This document shows, piece by piece, positions 27,586 to 40,790 of a DNA stretch of 64,000 bases. The stretch lies in assembly GCF_964204645.1 (NCBI RefSeq), contig NC_134028.1, forward strand, positions 14,639,653 to 14,703,652. The letters run 5' to 3'. Position 1 is the first letter of the stretch, and each line of letters begins with the position of its first letter. Source of the DNA: Tubulanus polymorphus (taxonomy: Eukaryota; Animalia; Nemertea). A program made the translations under genes and the position numbers. Below the pieces are notes generated by a model, which saw only the letters and a program-made list of their open reading frames with translations, was not told the origin of the DNA and did not search any database.

Positions 27586-28263
27586 CGTAATACCTTATGA
27601 TGAATATAGTAAGTATTTTGGAGAATACTTTAATGAATTCAAATATAGAATAAGTAAAATAGATAAATAATAAAAGTGGTGTTGTTGATATTTTAAGTAA
27701 TGAAATTGATAATTATGTTATTCCTTCTACATCTAATAATGTTATACCTTTTACATCTGATAATGTTTTACCTTCTACATATGATAATGAAATTATATTA
27801 GATTATAGTGAAAATAGAAATTATTGTGGTTATTGTAAAGGTGAATTTTCAAACAGTCCATCAAATTGGAATAACCATATGAATACAGCTGTACATATTA
27901 CTAATGTTATAAAACGCGTTGGTTTAAGAGAATTTACAGAACACCCATTTAGATATGTAACAAAGTTTGTTTCAAATAATAAATTGCCCATGGGCAAAGT
28001 GTGGTATACCTTGAAAGCTAGAGGTTGTTTGGAATAAGGGCATTGCTTGAAAAATCTTTTAAATTCGTGACTTCAAAGTTCTAGAAGTTTATATTGTATT
28101 TTATCTTTCTTAAAGAATTATTTTATAGTCAAACAAGACCAAAGATATACATTTGTTTGCGGTCCACGTCCAAAATTTTGTAGGGTACAGGTAGGCGCGG
28201 CAGGGAAACTATTTTATATTTTCAAAAAAATATGTTTCACAATATGAAAAAATATTCAAATAA

Positions 28264-29450
28264 GGCCATCCCAAAATAATAGTCTGTTTGCCGTAACACC
28301 GACTCAACCTTTCATGACACTTTTCATGAGTCGGTAGGTAGGTAGAAATTTTATTTTACAAAATTTTTGGGCAACAAAAAAAAATTGCACCTTTGGGCTT
28401 TTTTACATGGAAACAATATCGCAAAAAATCATCTACGTTGTGCGCGGGAAATTTGTCTAATAGCGTAGAGTTCAAGAATTATTCCAAAATTATAACTTCG
28501 TCCAGAGTGTCATCTCTGTGTTAAAAATGAAACAGTACATTGAATATGTGCGCGCTTTTACGTTAAAGTCTATCCCAGTAGTTATGACCGCGGTGCATCA
28601 AAGAGTTGTTACACTAACATATCAGGATCCCTGTGGTTTTTATCACTCAGCCTTACGAGTAATTGAGGTCAAGCGACTACTGCATTCAAGAGTGAATAAT
28701 ATACCATCAACTGGCCATTCATTAAAGGATATAAAATTCCAATTTTTATAATTTTACAAAATCCTTTCTTGGATTTTTAGTTTCATTTTGGGAACAATCA
28801 TGTCATGTGGCAAATTCAATCTGATTGATTTTGTACATCTATTAACTCCTCAGAGTGTGAGCATATATAATCTGGAATCATCTCATGAGTCGAGTGGTGT
28901 TGTTTTGCTTGAAACACCATCTAAATATAATCTTTCAACTTGGAAATTGGTTTTAACACTTCATAATGTAAACACTGACTTCAGCATCCAGCGAAAATAT
29001 TCACTCTTGAATGCAACAAGACTTCAAAACTGAATTTTCATTGCTTATTACTTCATTTTCTTGGATTAAGTGTGGAAAAGTTTTGCTCTTTATTCACTCT
29101 TGCCTGTAACCATAGCAACAAGCAGCTGGGGTCCAGCGAGTCAGCGATGCTCATGGTGAGTTTGACCACTTAAAGCTGTCAGTATCAATTAAATTGTTGT
29201 TGATACTGGCTCTTTGAGAGTGAAATGCCGCGGTCATAACCACTGGGATAGACTTTACCAGCTTTAATATAGTCACTATTAGAATGAATGGCAGCTTATT
29301 GGAACGCTGCCAGTTTCCTAAGCCACATGTCAAGGCATGTTTTCACTTGAATTCAAACATACGTAGCTCATACGTCAAATAGTTTCCACTCGTACCTCTG
29401 AAGTCGGGTTGGTCGGGTTACGGCAAACAGACCATTATTTTGGGATGGCC
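28264..29450. mobile_element. Non-autonomous PIF/Harbinger-type element
   Basis: TIRs GGCCATCCCAAAATAATAGTCTGTTTGCCGTAAC / GTTACGGCAAACAGACCATTATTTTGGGATGGCC; 3-bp TSD TAA. Confidence 0.85.
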
Positions 29451-30940
29451 TAAAATTCATATGATATCACATATCAGAGGGTGGCTGAATATCGGGTCTT
29501 GGAAACCTCTTCCAATGTTGGCCGCGGAAGCCAAAATACCGGTACAGAAGAAACCGGCTATTAGATCGTTTTAAATCCTGGAATTTACCAGTACAATTTT
29601 CAGACCTCATAGTTTGCTGCTTAGTATTTTCAGGTCACAAGAAATTACAATTTATTACAAATTCTATCTAACAGAAAACACAGCGCTCATCTGCTACGAT
29701 TATTCAGCCTATTTTCATGTCGAACGTGCACGCGTTACAGCATCACCCTTAGTAGTGTACTGTACGAGCTTGTGTGTGTATCGTGTAGCACTCCGTGCGC
29801 ACGTGGAGGCCTCGTGTAAGTAAATATTCGCTTACACCTCAATCAAAACAATCACCGGGTATTAAAATGAAACAATACCTATGGCGGATGTGTGAAATAA
29901 TTACATCCTCACCAGCAATGAGCATTTGAAATTAACACGTATACGGCACCTAGTCCAATGAAACGTACGCCATTCTATGGCTTTCCCATGATTATTTTAG
30001 TAGCGCCGGAATTCCCCGTATATCCAAAAAAACAGCGAATCCCATTCGCTCGTAGAGACGACGCCCCCCAACCGAGCTCATTGCAATTTTATACGCGAGA
30101 GCTAAGAATTTTCCCGCCAAAAACAGTTTTTCGTAGAATTTTAACTCAGTTGACCATGTCATCGACGGAGGTTCGCCATGTCTCGCATCGATTATACGTC
30201 GTTTAAGCTGAGAACTAATGAAACAAATGCACACATAAAAAAACGTACCGCGATTTTACATGAATTGGCTCGATGCCAACATCATATCGCTGACAAAGGT
30301 AAACCAAAAAAGTAAGTGGTAAAGATTTATATGCAGATTTATTAGGCGAATTTTTATCAAAGGAACCTGAACTCAGTAAAGATGAATTAGATTTAACTGA
30401 TGCTAATAGAATATTAGGATCAAACATTGTAATTCAATATTAAGGTCAAACACTAATGAGTAAGAGGATAAGGAAAATATAGTTACTGGAAAGCTTATTG
30501 ATAATGAAGATTATATAGATACAGATTGGATGAAACGGAAAGTAGTGACTATTGATGACCCGGTAGATAGGTTGAATAAAATGTTAGTCCGATGATGAAT
30601 TGGAGGATGGTGATGAAAATGATGTTAGTTATTACAAACTCACATAATATATTAGTTGAAAATGAGTAATTGTAATATGGCGTTTTCGTACCAGAGCACG
30701 AGGCACTAACGAGAACGGTCGGCAGCGTTGTGCTATAAGAGTAGTACAGTGATTGCGCAACCAGCCATGCTCGGATAGATCGATGCAGTGAGGCATTGAC
30801 GAGAACGGTTGATAGTGTATTTGCTATTTACAGGGGGAAGGTGACCGCGCTCAGATGATCCAGGTTTATTTAATTGTTTAATGAATTAAATTTTTTTTTT
30901 GCTTTTTTTAATCGCCACAAGTAAATGTTTTCCCTTATAA

Positions 30941-31897
30941 ATGGGAGATAGTGAGTACCAGACAGAAAACAATAATGTTAATAAAAAATCAATATTATTG
31001 TGCATATTGTAAAAAATTCATCGATAAATCTAATCATGAAAAAACTGCAAATCATATAAAAAATGTTATAGATTTTGAAACTCCAGAAAATTCCAATGAA
31101 AGAAAAGGACGATTAGAAAATATGAATGTGGATGAAATAAAATGTGAAGTTTGTAACGAATTTGTAACAAAAAGGAATTATAAAAGACATCTCGAATCGC
31201 AAAACACAAACAAAATTTAAGTAATAATGTTTTAGGAACAGATTATTTTGATGATAAACCTCAACAAGTAAAAAAACCAGTTTTAAAAACTAAATCTATT
31301 TCAAATAAACCTTATATGGAAAATGTTAGAAATTATATCAATTCACTAGAAATAAAAGATGTAATTGAAATTTTAGAAACATTACGTAGTAAAATTGGTC
31401 CTGCAGCTATTATATCTAGATTTTTTAAAGGTACCACAATAGAAGATTATAGTAAATTTATTGAAATAATGGAAAAAACAATGGACTTTATTACAGTGAA
31501 TATCCAAAAAATAGTATTTCTGGGAAAGTTAGTTTTATGAAATCAGGAGAAAAATGGATTATAATATTCAAAAACACTCTGAAGAAATAATTTCAAAAAC
31601 ACAAATAAAAGAGAAGTTAGAAAAAATATTCAATGAATTTAAACGAAAAATTGAAGAAAGATATTTTCAGGGTTCTGGCTTATCATTAAATGAAATTATA
31701 TTTTTAGATTTAAATGTTTATAATACAAAAAGGAATAAAGCATCAAAAAGTAAAACAATGTTTAAAAATGATACAAACTTTACAACAGAAAAGGATATTA
31801 AAGCATCATCTTATATTAAATTACCAGTTACAACAAAAGCAGTAATAAATGTTAAAAAATAGGATAATAAATGTTTTCTATGGTCAATTATTAGTTG
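30941..31897 (+). pseudogene. polB: pPolB N-terminal region with C2H2-type Zn fingers
   Basis: YCAYCKK...H...H and KCEVCNE...RHL; FQGSGLSL, ASSYIKLP...KAVINVKN-DNKCFLWSII typical of Polinton PolB N-termini; ends at a deletion junction. Confidence 0.75.
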
Positions 31898-32811
31898 TGG
31901 ATGGAAAAAATAAAAAGAATATTACTAGGCATAAAAGAAATAAGAAAATCTATAGAGTTAGAACTAAATTAGGGTTTGTAGATGTTACAGAAGATCATAG
32001 TTTAATTAAACGAAATGGTGATGAAATAAAACCAACTGATGTAAAAATTAGAGATGAATTATTACACAAAAGATTTTTCCAAAGAATGGATCATATGTCA
32101 TTTGATGAAATAATTGATAATATTTATAATATGGAACCCAAAACATTAGAAGAAAAAGAATATTTTATTAAAGGATTTTTTATGGGTGATGGTTCAGCAG
32201 GTGTGTATAATTATGTTAGTTGCAATAAATATTGTGGGTATTTATGTAATCAAGATTTGAAATTATTAGAAAGAATTAAGAAATATTGTGAAAAAGTTTA
32301 CCCAAATAAAACATTTAGAATCGTGGATATTATGAAATCATCAGCAGTTTATAGAATATACATGTATGTAAATAATCCAAAAGATTTTGCAATGAAATAT
32401 AATGATGAATTCTATATTCCTGCAATAGTTAAAAGTAATACTTCAACAAAAGAAAAGATAGTGCCAGATTGTGTATTAAATGCAAAATATAATTTAAGAA
32501 AATGGTTCTTCATTGGATTCTATGCCGCAGATGGTGCTAAAGATTTACGAGTTCTCCAGTAATAACATTTGCACAAAAAGGAAAAGTTGCTATATCAGGA
32601 TTAAATATATTATGCAATTCATTAGGTTTTAATGTGAATATTGCATTGATTAAGTCTAAACCAAATTGTTTCAATCTAAAGGCATGTAGAAAAAGAATTA
32701 ACAGATGAAGTTAAAGATTTATTTGAAATATATAACCCAACAGATTATGTTTATGATTTATCAACTGAAGGTGGAACATTTAACTGTGGATTTCCATTAA
32801 TTTTTCTCAAT
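31898..32811 (+). mobile_element. Intein with LAGLIDADG homing endonuclease (N-terminus deleted, frameshifted)
   Basis: Block B VDVTEDHSL; block C FIKGFFMGDGS; block E FFIGFYAADG; block H-like QKGKVAISGLNILCNSLGF; blocks F/G DYVYDLSTEGGTFNCGFPLIFLN followed directly by extein TDAYILKIK. Confidence 0.9.
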
Positions 32812-33261
32812 ACGGATGCATACATACTAAAAATCAAGACAAATGACATAAAAAAAGACTTAAAAACATTAAAACATCATTTTGACTTTAGCAATTATCC
32901 AAAAGATCATGAACTATTTAGCAATGATAATACAAAGCAGCCTGGTAAGTTTAAAGATGAACTGGGGGGTGATGAAATGATTGAATTTGTTGGGATAAGA
33001 AGTAAAATGTATAGTTATAGAACAAAAGATCATGAAGCTAAAAAGTTAAAAGGAATAACAAAGCATGTGGTTGATAAACATATACAATGATATAAAGTGT
33101 TTATATAACTCAATTGTAATGAAACATAAAACGAATTGTTTAAGATCAGAAGATCACGAGATGTATATTAATGAAGTTGAAAAAAACTAGCTTAAATCCA
33201 TTCGACGATAAAAGATATATTTTGGGTGATGGAATAAAAACATTACCTTATGGCCATTTAA
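32812..33261 (+). pseudogene. polB: pPolB C-terminal extein
   Basis: TDAYILKIKTNDIKKDLKTLKHHFDFSNYPKDHELF...PGKFKDELGG...KKLKGIT, closely matching ORF 9285-9962 downstream of its TDS. Confidence 0.92.
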
Positions 33262-33435
33262 AAAGAAAATCAATATCATCATACTCGAAATCACTATTCT
33301 TCATTTTCATTTAATTGTTTAGGTTCCTTCATTTCATTTTTCTCATTTAAATAAAGTTCTATATTATTCCACATTTCATCTAGCTCTCTTTGTTTCTTTT
33401 TGTTCGTTAATTCATCTAATGGAATTATAATATAA

Positions 33436-34460
33436 TCAATCAAAGGAATCATAATTAATTGAATCTGTTATTTTATTATCCACATGATATTTTAATATGT
33501 TTGTGAATGTTTCTTTTATATTTTTCATATCTTCTTCTGTTAATTTAGGTTTTTTATAATAATCGTTAAATAATAAATATAAATACATTTTCTTTTCTTT
33601 TGTGTTAAATGTTGATGGAATAATTGTTTTTATTATATCTTTTTTAGTTATTTCCCCATTTTTATTTTCTATCATTTTCATTTTTTTAAGCCATTGCTTA
33701 TATTCTGGTGTATGATCTTCCATTATTTTAAAAATTTCATCTAGATATTTTAATTTTGTCTCTATAAGAATATCTCCTAGTTTTTTCATCACCCCATAAA
33801 TTTTTTTGCCATCCACATTCATTACAAAATATCACAGGATCTTCTTGTCTTAAGTACACATAAATACATTGTGGGCATTTCTTGGCAATAGATCTTCATT
33901 AAGTTTTTGGTATTTTCTTACACGTTTTCTTTATGTTTTATTATTTTATTATGTAGATTTGAATTACTTGTTGTAATAATCAATTTACAATATTTGCAAT
34001 AATATGTTTTTCTTACTAATTCATTATATTGTTTTTCTAACTGTTCAAGTGTTTCTTCATTATCTGGTAATGTTTTCTCGTATTTCATTTTTTCTAATAT
34101 ATTATTTTTTCTTTCATTGAATTCTGCTTCAAATTTATTAGAAATTTTATCTATATGTGCTTTACGAAATTGATGATTTTCCCAATCTTCTATTTTTTCA
34201 GGGCTATATTTTATTCGACAAGGCTCACAGAAATGATCTTTTATATTATTCTTGTCATCGAATAAGAAAGGTCTTTTCCAAATAATTTCAGGTTCAGTTT
34301 CAACAGAATTATTATTACTTTCGTTACCATCAACATTAACCGTTGAGTTATTTATTTTACACTTCTCTGAATGTTTTTTAACATAATTTCTTGAGAATAA
34401 TTTATTACAATTTGGGCAGTTTATTTTAGGGGGTTTATAATTTTTATCATTTTTTTCATA
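33436..34460 (-). pseudogene. Polinton-associated multi-Zn-finger protein
   Basis: Antisense frames with INCPNCNK, HFCEPCRI...H and YYCKYCK motifs; C-terminal ORF 33436-33822. Confidence 0.5.
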
Positions 34461-34489
34461 TGTCGAGCCATTTTACTTTTTCTTTGAAG

Positions 34490-36260
34490 TTCACACACTT
34501 TTTTACACACTTTTATATTTATTGCAATTTAATTGATCATACAAAAACATTTGAAGCAACTAAAGGTACAATTTGTAATTCTGGTTTATTAACTATTTAC
34601 CATAAAAAAAATGTTAAACAATTCGGTACACAAATCAATTATAATTTAGCTGAGTGCGATCTTAAGCCTTGTATTTCACAATTTAATAATTTCAGATTAG
34701 AAGTAAGAAATCATAATGGATACTTAATTGATTTAAATAATTTTCCTGTAATTTATGAATTAGTTACAAGATGTAAAGAATAATTTTTTCACTATAAAAA
34801 TGAATATAACTGTTGGACCGAGTATATGTTTTGAATTTGATTTTAAACGTGAGAAAGAAATGAAATTTGATATTAATAATGTAGTTACACATATTAGAAA
34901 TATTGCATTTTCTAATGAAACAACATTTGATTTTGAAAAAACAATAGATAAAGAAACTTTTAATGTAGAAAAGATTACCGATTTAATTAGAGAGTCTTAA
35001 AGATTTTATGAATTAGATGCAAATTTTATCATCGATGATATTAAAAAATAATAATTGAAATATATACAAATGAAACTAGTAATGAAATAAATGTTGAAAT
35101 AATTATAACTAAGTTTACTAAATATTTTGAAGATAGTATTTTTTTTTCTAAAGAAATGGCGGATCAGACGTGGATAATAACTGGTTTATATAATTGAGCA
35201 TTATTATCAGTGGGAAGTGTTGGTTATACGATGGTATTAAAAAAAGTATTTAGAATGGGAAGTATTAATGTTGATAAATTTGATATCAATGATATTTATT
35301 TTGTAATTAACATTAGCAGTAACTTTATCTAATTTAACAATTGATTATTTGGAAAAACAAAAATATATTCCTCCTATATAAATGCATAATATTTTTACTA
35401 AATAAATGGCATCTGCAATTATAACTATTATAGGATCGGCAATTGTTAACGCTTTGGCATTTACTGCTGGTGGATATCTATTTAAACATATTGATAAAAA
35501 TAGTTCAATAGGAGAACAAAGAAGACATAACTTAGCATTAGATAAATACAATAAAGCTGCAGAAGAATATAGAGAAAAGAGGCAAAATTATATGGATTAT
35601 ATCAATAAATAATTATATAATCAGAAAATTACACATAGAGATTTTCAATCAGTTGATGATGCAGTGAGTTTATATCACGCAGTAACAAATAAAGAAAAAT
35701 TACATCTATATAAACCTAAATTATCAGATTATTTTACCCCAAGTAGTGAACAGAAGAAATATGAAATAATTTGGATTTTAGGTGGAACAGTTATTGTATT
35801 ATTTGTTGCTTATAAATTTACTAATGGTAATTTCTTTTCTAAATAAATACATGATAAAGTTGACAATATTGATATTATCCTCATGATATAAATAAAACTA
35901 AATTAAAATTATATTTGGAAAATCAAATATCAGAATTTGAAGATGATTTAAAAGTTAAAAAGAAAAAATATTTAAAAAGTAAAATTATATATTATCTTAT
36001 TATTAGTAGTTCAGTTACAATTAGTTCTGTAATAACATTTCTAGCATTATTCTCACCATTAACACGTTTAGCTATCTCAATTGGAGCTTTAGGTTTAAGT
36101 TCAAGTGTATTAACCGGCATAAGTTCAAAATTAAATATAAAAAGAAAAAATAAAATCTGATATAAAAGAAATTAATAAATACATTAGATTATATAATAAG
36201 TTTAGATGGTAATATAATAGTTGAAGAACAAGATAAATTATCACAAGAACTAATTAATTA
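34490..36260 (+). pseudogene. Third copy of minor capsid C-terminus and small ORF cluster
   Basis: FYIYCNLID...NGYLIDLNNFPVIYEL; MNITVGPS; MASAIITIIGSAIVNALAF; hydrophobic ORF 35915-36160. Confidence 0.75.
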
Positions 36261-36280
36261 TTAATTTTTTTATTATATAA

Positions 36281-37532
36281 ATGGGGTTTCCAAAAGCTTT
36301 CCAATTATAATAAATCAATTAAATGTAATATTCTTGCAATAGATTCCAATAAAAATATTACATATAAAAATTTAATTTTAAATTCATTAATTAATTTAGA
36401 AATTTATGTTACTGAAACGAAGTTTTTTATTTCTAAAATGGAAAATATATTTCATACATATGAAGTCACTTTTACTCGAGAAGAATATCGTATATATAAA
36501 GTAAAATCTAATATGAAATATATGCAAAATCAATTAAATTTTGCTGTTTATTGTGCAACAACAGGGTGTGGTATAGGTTGGAATGATCATTTAAATAACA
36601 AAAATTTGAATTATTCTGATTTAAAATTATTTCATACGTATTTTCAAATCAGAACTATATTAAACGAATTTGAATGCCCTTTGCCTGGATCTAATTATAC
36701 TAAAGAATTGGATAATAATATTAATCTATCTAAGTTTTATAAAATATGTAATGAATTTAATATAGATATTTATTCCGATTTTAGAGCGCATGGTAAATTT
36801 CAAGGTATTGGTGAACAGTATGAAATAAAAAGAATTGATTATATGCATACAATTGGAGCTTATCATAATTATGAAATTGATAATAATAATGGTTGGATTG
36901 ATTTCATTTTAGAAAATAGTGAAGGTTTTACAAAATCAGGTATACAAAGAATAAATCAATCTATAAGAATATATTTAATTTGTATATTAGGTGCACAAGT
37001 TGAAACAAGATCCCCGATAGTTGGAAATGATAGTACTTCATTTGATACACAGAAACAATTTAAAGTTTTATTTGAAGATTCTATTCATAATGATAAGAAT
37101 AGATCGATTCCAGAAAACATTGTAAGATATCAAAATTATTTAGATAAATTACATATTAGATTAAACTATTGTAAAGGCCCTAATTTATTAATTATTTCTA
37201 ATGATTTAGTTTTAAAAATGGGAAATATAATTGGTTATAATAATCTAATTAAAACTGCTACAGTCAATAATAAGTTTCGATTAAATGATATAAATAAAAA
37301 GATTATTACTGTTCCAAAACTAATGGAAGGTGAAAAAATTAAAAAACATATTCAGTCAACAGAAACTAAAACTAAAAATATTAAATTGGATAATGATTCT
37401 AAAATAAAAAAAGATTACAATACTACAGAAAATATAAAAACTGATAATATTCAACATGAAATAATTAAAAGTAATAATGATAATAAATCACATGAAAATA
37501 CTAAATTATCATCGATGATATTACTTGTATAG
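36281..37532 (+). pseudogene. Conserved Polinton-associated protein of unknown function (364-aa open portion 36438-37532)
   Basis: QNQLNFAVYCATTGCG, HTYFQIRTIL..PLPG, SIRIYLICILGAQ..RS; N-terminal paralog at 26630-26890. Confidence 0.65.
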
Positions 37533-37669
37533 GAATCGTAATAGGAGGAATATTTTATTTTAAATTTTAATTGTTGTAATGGGTCCAAAAATCGCATTTT
37601 TGCCTACAAATGCGGGTGTAACTTAGACACGAAGTCATGCTTGCTACTAACTTAAGATAAGACATAATA

Positions 37670-38150
37670 TAAGACATAACAAACACACATAGATTTATCA
37701 TTACTGAATCAAATATATATAATAAATATGTGAGATAAATAAATCTATGATATTTATTACATCTATGTGTGTTTGTTATGTCTTTATTATCTTTAGTACT
37801 TTTAGTACTTTGAGTACATAAAGAATAAATCTTTATTTTATTAGTACTTAGAAAAATAAATATATAAATAATTTTATATATGATAAATCTATGATATTTA
37901 TCATTATTGAAACAGTAATATATAATAAATATGCGTGATAAATAGATTTAATTATTGAAACAGTAATATATAAAATCCATCAGATGAATAAATATAATTA
38001 TTGAAACAGTAATATGTATATATATTTATGTCTTTATTGTCTTTAGTAGTTTAGTAGTTTTAAAAATAATTTTATTCACTACTAATAAAATAAAGATTTA
38101 TTCTGTATGTACTAAAAGTACTAAGCCTACTAAAGACAATAAAGACACAA
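37670..38150. repeat. AT-rich nested inverted repeats
   Basis: gacataacaaacacacatagat (37673) is inverted at 37761-37782; about 70-bp arm 37775-37845 is inverted at 38081-38150. Confidence 0.75.
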
Positions 38151-38270
38151 GGGGTATTATATTCATATTTTAAATTACTTTTCTGATTCTAATTCTGAAA
38201 ACAATTTGAGCCATGCATCTTTCTTGTGATCTTCTTTCACCTAATAGTTTAGTATGATAACCAATACTAT

Positions 38271-40790
38271 TCAAACCGCGGGCAATAAAACCAAAATAAT
38301 GAATTATCGCGGGCGATAAAACCAGAATATTGAATTGTCGCGGACGACAAAACCAGACTAATGAATTGTCGCGGGCGAAAAAACCAAAAAAAAGAATTGT
38401 CGGGGCGACAAAACCAAAATAATGAATTGTCGCGGGCAATAAAACCAAAATAATGAATTGTCGCGGGTGACAAAACCAAAATGTTGAATTGTCGCGGGTG
38501 ACAACACCAAAATATTAAATTGTCGCGGGCGACAAAACCAAAAAAAAATTGTCGCGGGCGACTAAAACAAACTATAAAACCAAAATAATGAATTGTCGCG
38601 GGCGACAAAACCAAAAAAAAAGTTGTCGCGGGCGACTAAAACAAAATATAAAACCAAAATAATGAATTGTCGCGGGCGACAAAACCAAAAAGAAGAATTG
38701 TCGCGGGCGACAAAACCAAAATAATGAATTGTCGCCACAATCGACAATCACCACAATCGTAGTACATGTAATGAAATACAACTTTGCAATTGATCATAGT
38801 AACAAAACATGCCTAGGTACCAATCTAATAAGGAAATACTAAGCCATTCTACTATTCAGCGCCCCCTGGTGACTATATGGAATAACTAATGTCCTTAAAA
38901 ACTCACCACAATCATAGACGATGTCATGAACTACAACTTTGCAATTGATCATGGTAACAAACTATGCCTAGGTACCAATCTAATAAGGAAAAACTAAGCT
39001 TTTCTACTATTCAACGCCCCCTGGTGTCTATATGGAATAACTAATGTCCTTAAACACTCACCACAATCATAGAAGATGTCATGAACTACAACTTTGCAAT
39101 TGATCATGGTAACAAAATATGCCTATGTACAAATATAATATACCGATACTAATACTAGCGATATAATACCCCCTGATGGCCACATACAAAAACCAATGAC
39201 CTTGAAACTCACCAAAATCATAGAACACGTTATGGGCTACAACTTTCCAATTGAATATAGTAACACAATATGCTTAGGTATCAATTTGATGTAGAAAAAC
39301 TTTTTCCCACCTACGAATGAGTACTGATGACACCAAGATGGCCGCCAATTGCGTCATAATTGGCTGATCAAAATACCTGTCCCAGGTATAAAACATCCCT
39401 CTCTAAAAAATACCCATCAGCAATTGCAATGAGAAATGGCAAACCAAATTGACATTTTCAAAATTTCCCACGAAAACTTCGAAAATGTTTAAAAAGTGCT
39501 GATTTTGGCAAACAACAATGGCTGCCAGTCGACCATCTTGAATCTGACAGGGCCAGTTTTTGGGCTGACGATGTGTCTAGGGTAGATACATGTATAAACC
39601 AAATATCAAGACATTACCTTGAAGCGTCTTCAAAACTGGATTCCGTCTATGGATGGACGGACGGACGAAAAGTGAACGCAATAGCCCGCTGGGACTAAAG
39701 TCCCAAGTGGACTGATAAAGAATTGTCGTGGGCGACAAAACCAAACTAATGAATTGTCGCGGGTGATAAAACCAAAATATTGAATTGTCACGGGCGACAA
39801 AACCAAACTAATGAATTGTCGGGGGCGATAAAACCAAACTATGAATTGTTGCGGGCGATAAAACAAAAATATTGAATTGTCGCGGGCGATAAAACAAAAA
39901 TATTGAATTGTCGCGGGCGACAAAACCAAAATGTTGAATTGTCGCGGGCGACCAAACCAAAATAATGAATTGTCTCGGGCGACAAAAACAAAATATTGAA
40001 TTGTCACGTGCGACAAAACCAAAATAATGAATTGTCGCGGGCGACAAAACCAAAATAATGAATTGTTGCGGGCGATAAAACCAAAATAATGAATTGTCTC
40101 GTGCGACAAAACCAAAATAATGAATTATCGCCGGCGATAAAACCAAAATATTGAATTATCGCGGGCGATAAAACCAACAAAAAAAATTGTCGCGGGTGAC
40201 AAAAACAAAAGATAAAACCAAAATAATGAATTGTTGCGGGCGACAAAACTAAAAAGAAGGATTGTCGCGGGTGACAAAACCAAAATAATGAATTGTCGCT
40301 GACGATAAAACCAAAATAATGAATTGTCTCGGGCGACAAAAACAAAATATTGAGTTGTCACGTGCGACAAAACCAAAATAATGAATTGTCGCGGGCGACA
40401 AAACCAAAATAATGAATTGTCGCGGGCGATAAAACCGTAATAATGAATTGTCGCGGGCGATTAAACCAAAATAATGAATTGTCTCGGGCGACAAAACCAA
40501 AATAATGAATTACTGCGGGCGATAAAACCAAAATATTGAATTGTCACAGGCGATAAAACCAAAATATTGAATTGTCGCGGGCGACAAAACAAAAACAAAA
40601 AATTGTCGCGGGCGACAAAAACAAAATATAAAACCAAAATAATGAATTGTCGCGGGCGACAAAACTAAAAAGAAGGATTGTCGCGGGCGACAAAACCAAA
40701 ATAATGAATTGTCGCTGGCGATAAAACCAAAGTAATGAATTGTCGTGGGCGATAAAGTCAAAATATTGAATTTTTCGCGGGCGACAAAAT
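38271..40790. repeat. ~31-bp minisatellite array
   Basis: Unit GAATTGTCGCGGGCGACAAAACCAAAATAAT with internal TTGTCGC/GCGACAA palindrome; split by the HINE at 38735-39714. Confidence 0.95.
38735..39714 (-). mobile_element. HINE family 1, second (3'-truncated) copy
   Basis: Reverse complement of 10509-11500, including TCCCAAGTGG end, (GGAC)n and the internal tandem units. Confidence 0.85.

Larger units (their letters stand above)
23118..27980 (+). mobile_element. Polinton-like segment B (decayed)
   Basis: Paralogs of the 117-aa ORF (23230-23580), minor capsid (23595-24336), small ORFs, then a deletion jump at about 26890 into the major capsid C-terminus; Zn-finger remnant YCGYC...HMNTAVH near 27820. 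Confidence 0.85.
30300..37565 (+). mobile_element. Polinton-like segment C (decayed), carrying intein-containing polB
   Basis: Zn-finger/PolB N-terminus, intein, PolB C-terminus, antisense Zn-finger ORF, minor capsid C-terminus, small ORF cluster, 364-aa conserved ORF. Confidence 0.85.

Noticed and set aside
31849-32562. Hedgehog-type Hint domain or stand-alone LAGLIDADG gene
   Set aside because: The endonuclease motifs lie between intein blocks B and F/G and the terminal Asn joins PolB TDx directly, which fits a true intein
38170-40761. Many overlapping minus-strand ORFs with repeating FWFCRPRQF / VLSPATIHY peptides
   Set aside because: Artefacts of translating the 31-bp minisatellite in several frames
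38271-40790. CRISPR-like appearance of palindromic ~31-bp repeats (also the 57-bp array at 48196-48640)
   Set aside because: Units are contiguous with no unique spacers, there are no cas genes, and the context is eukaryotic
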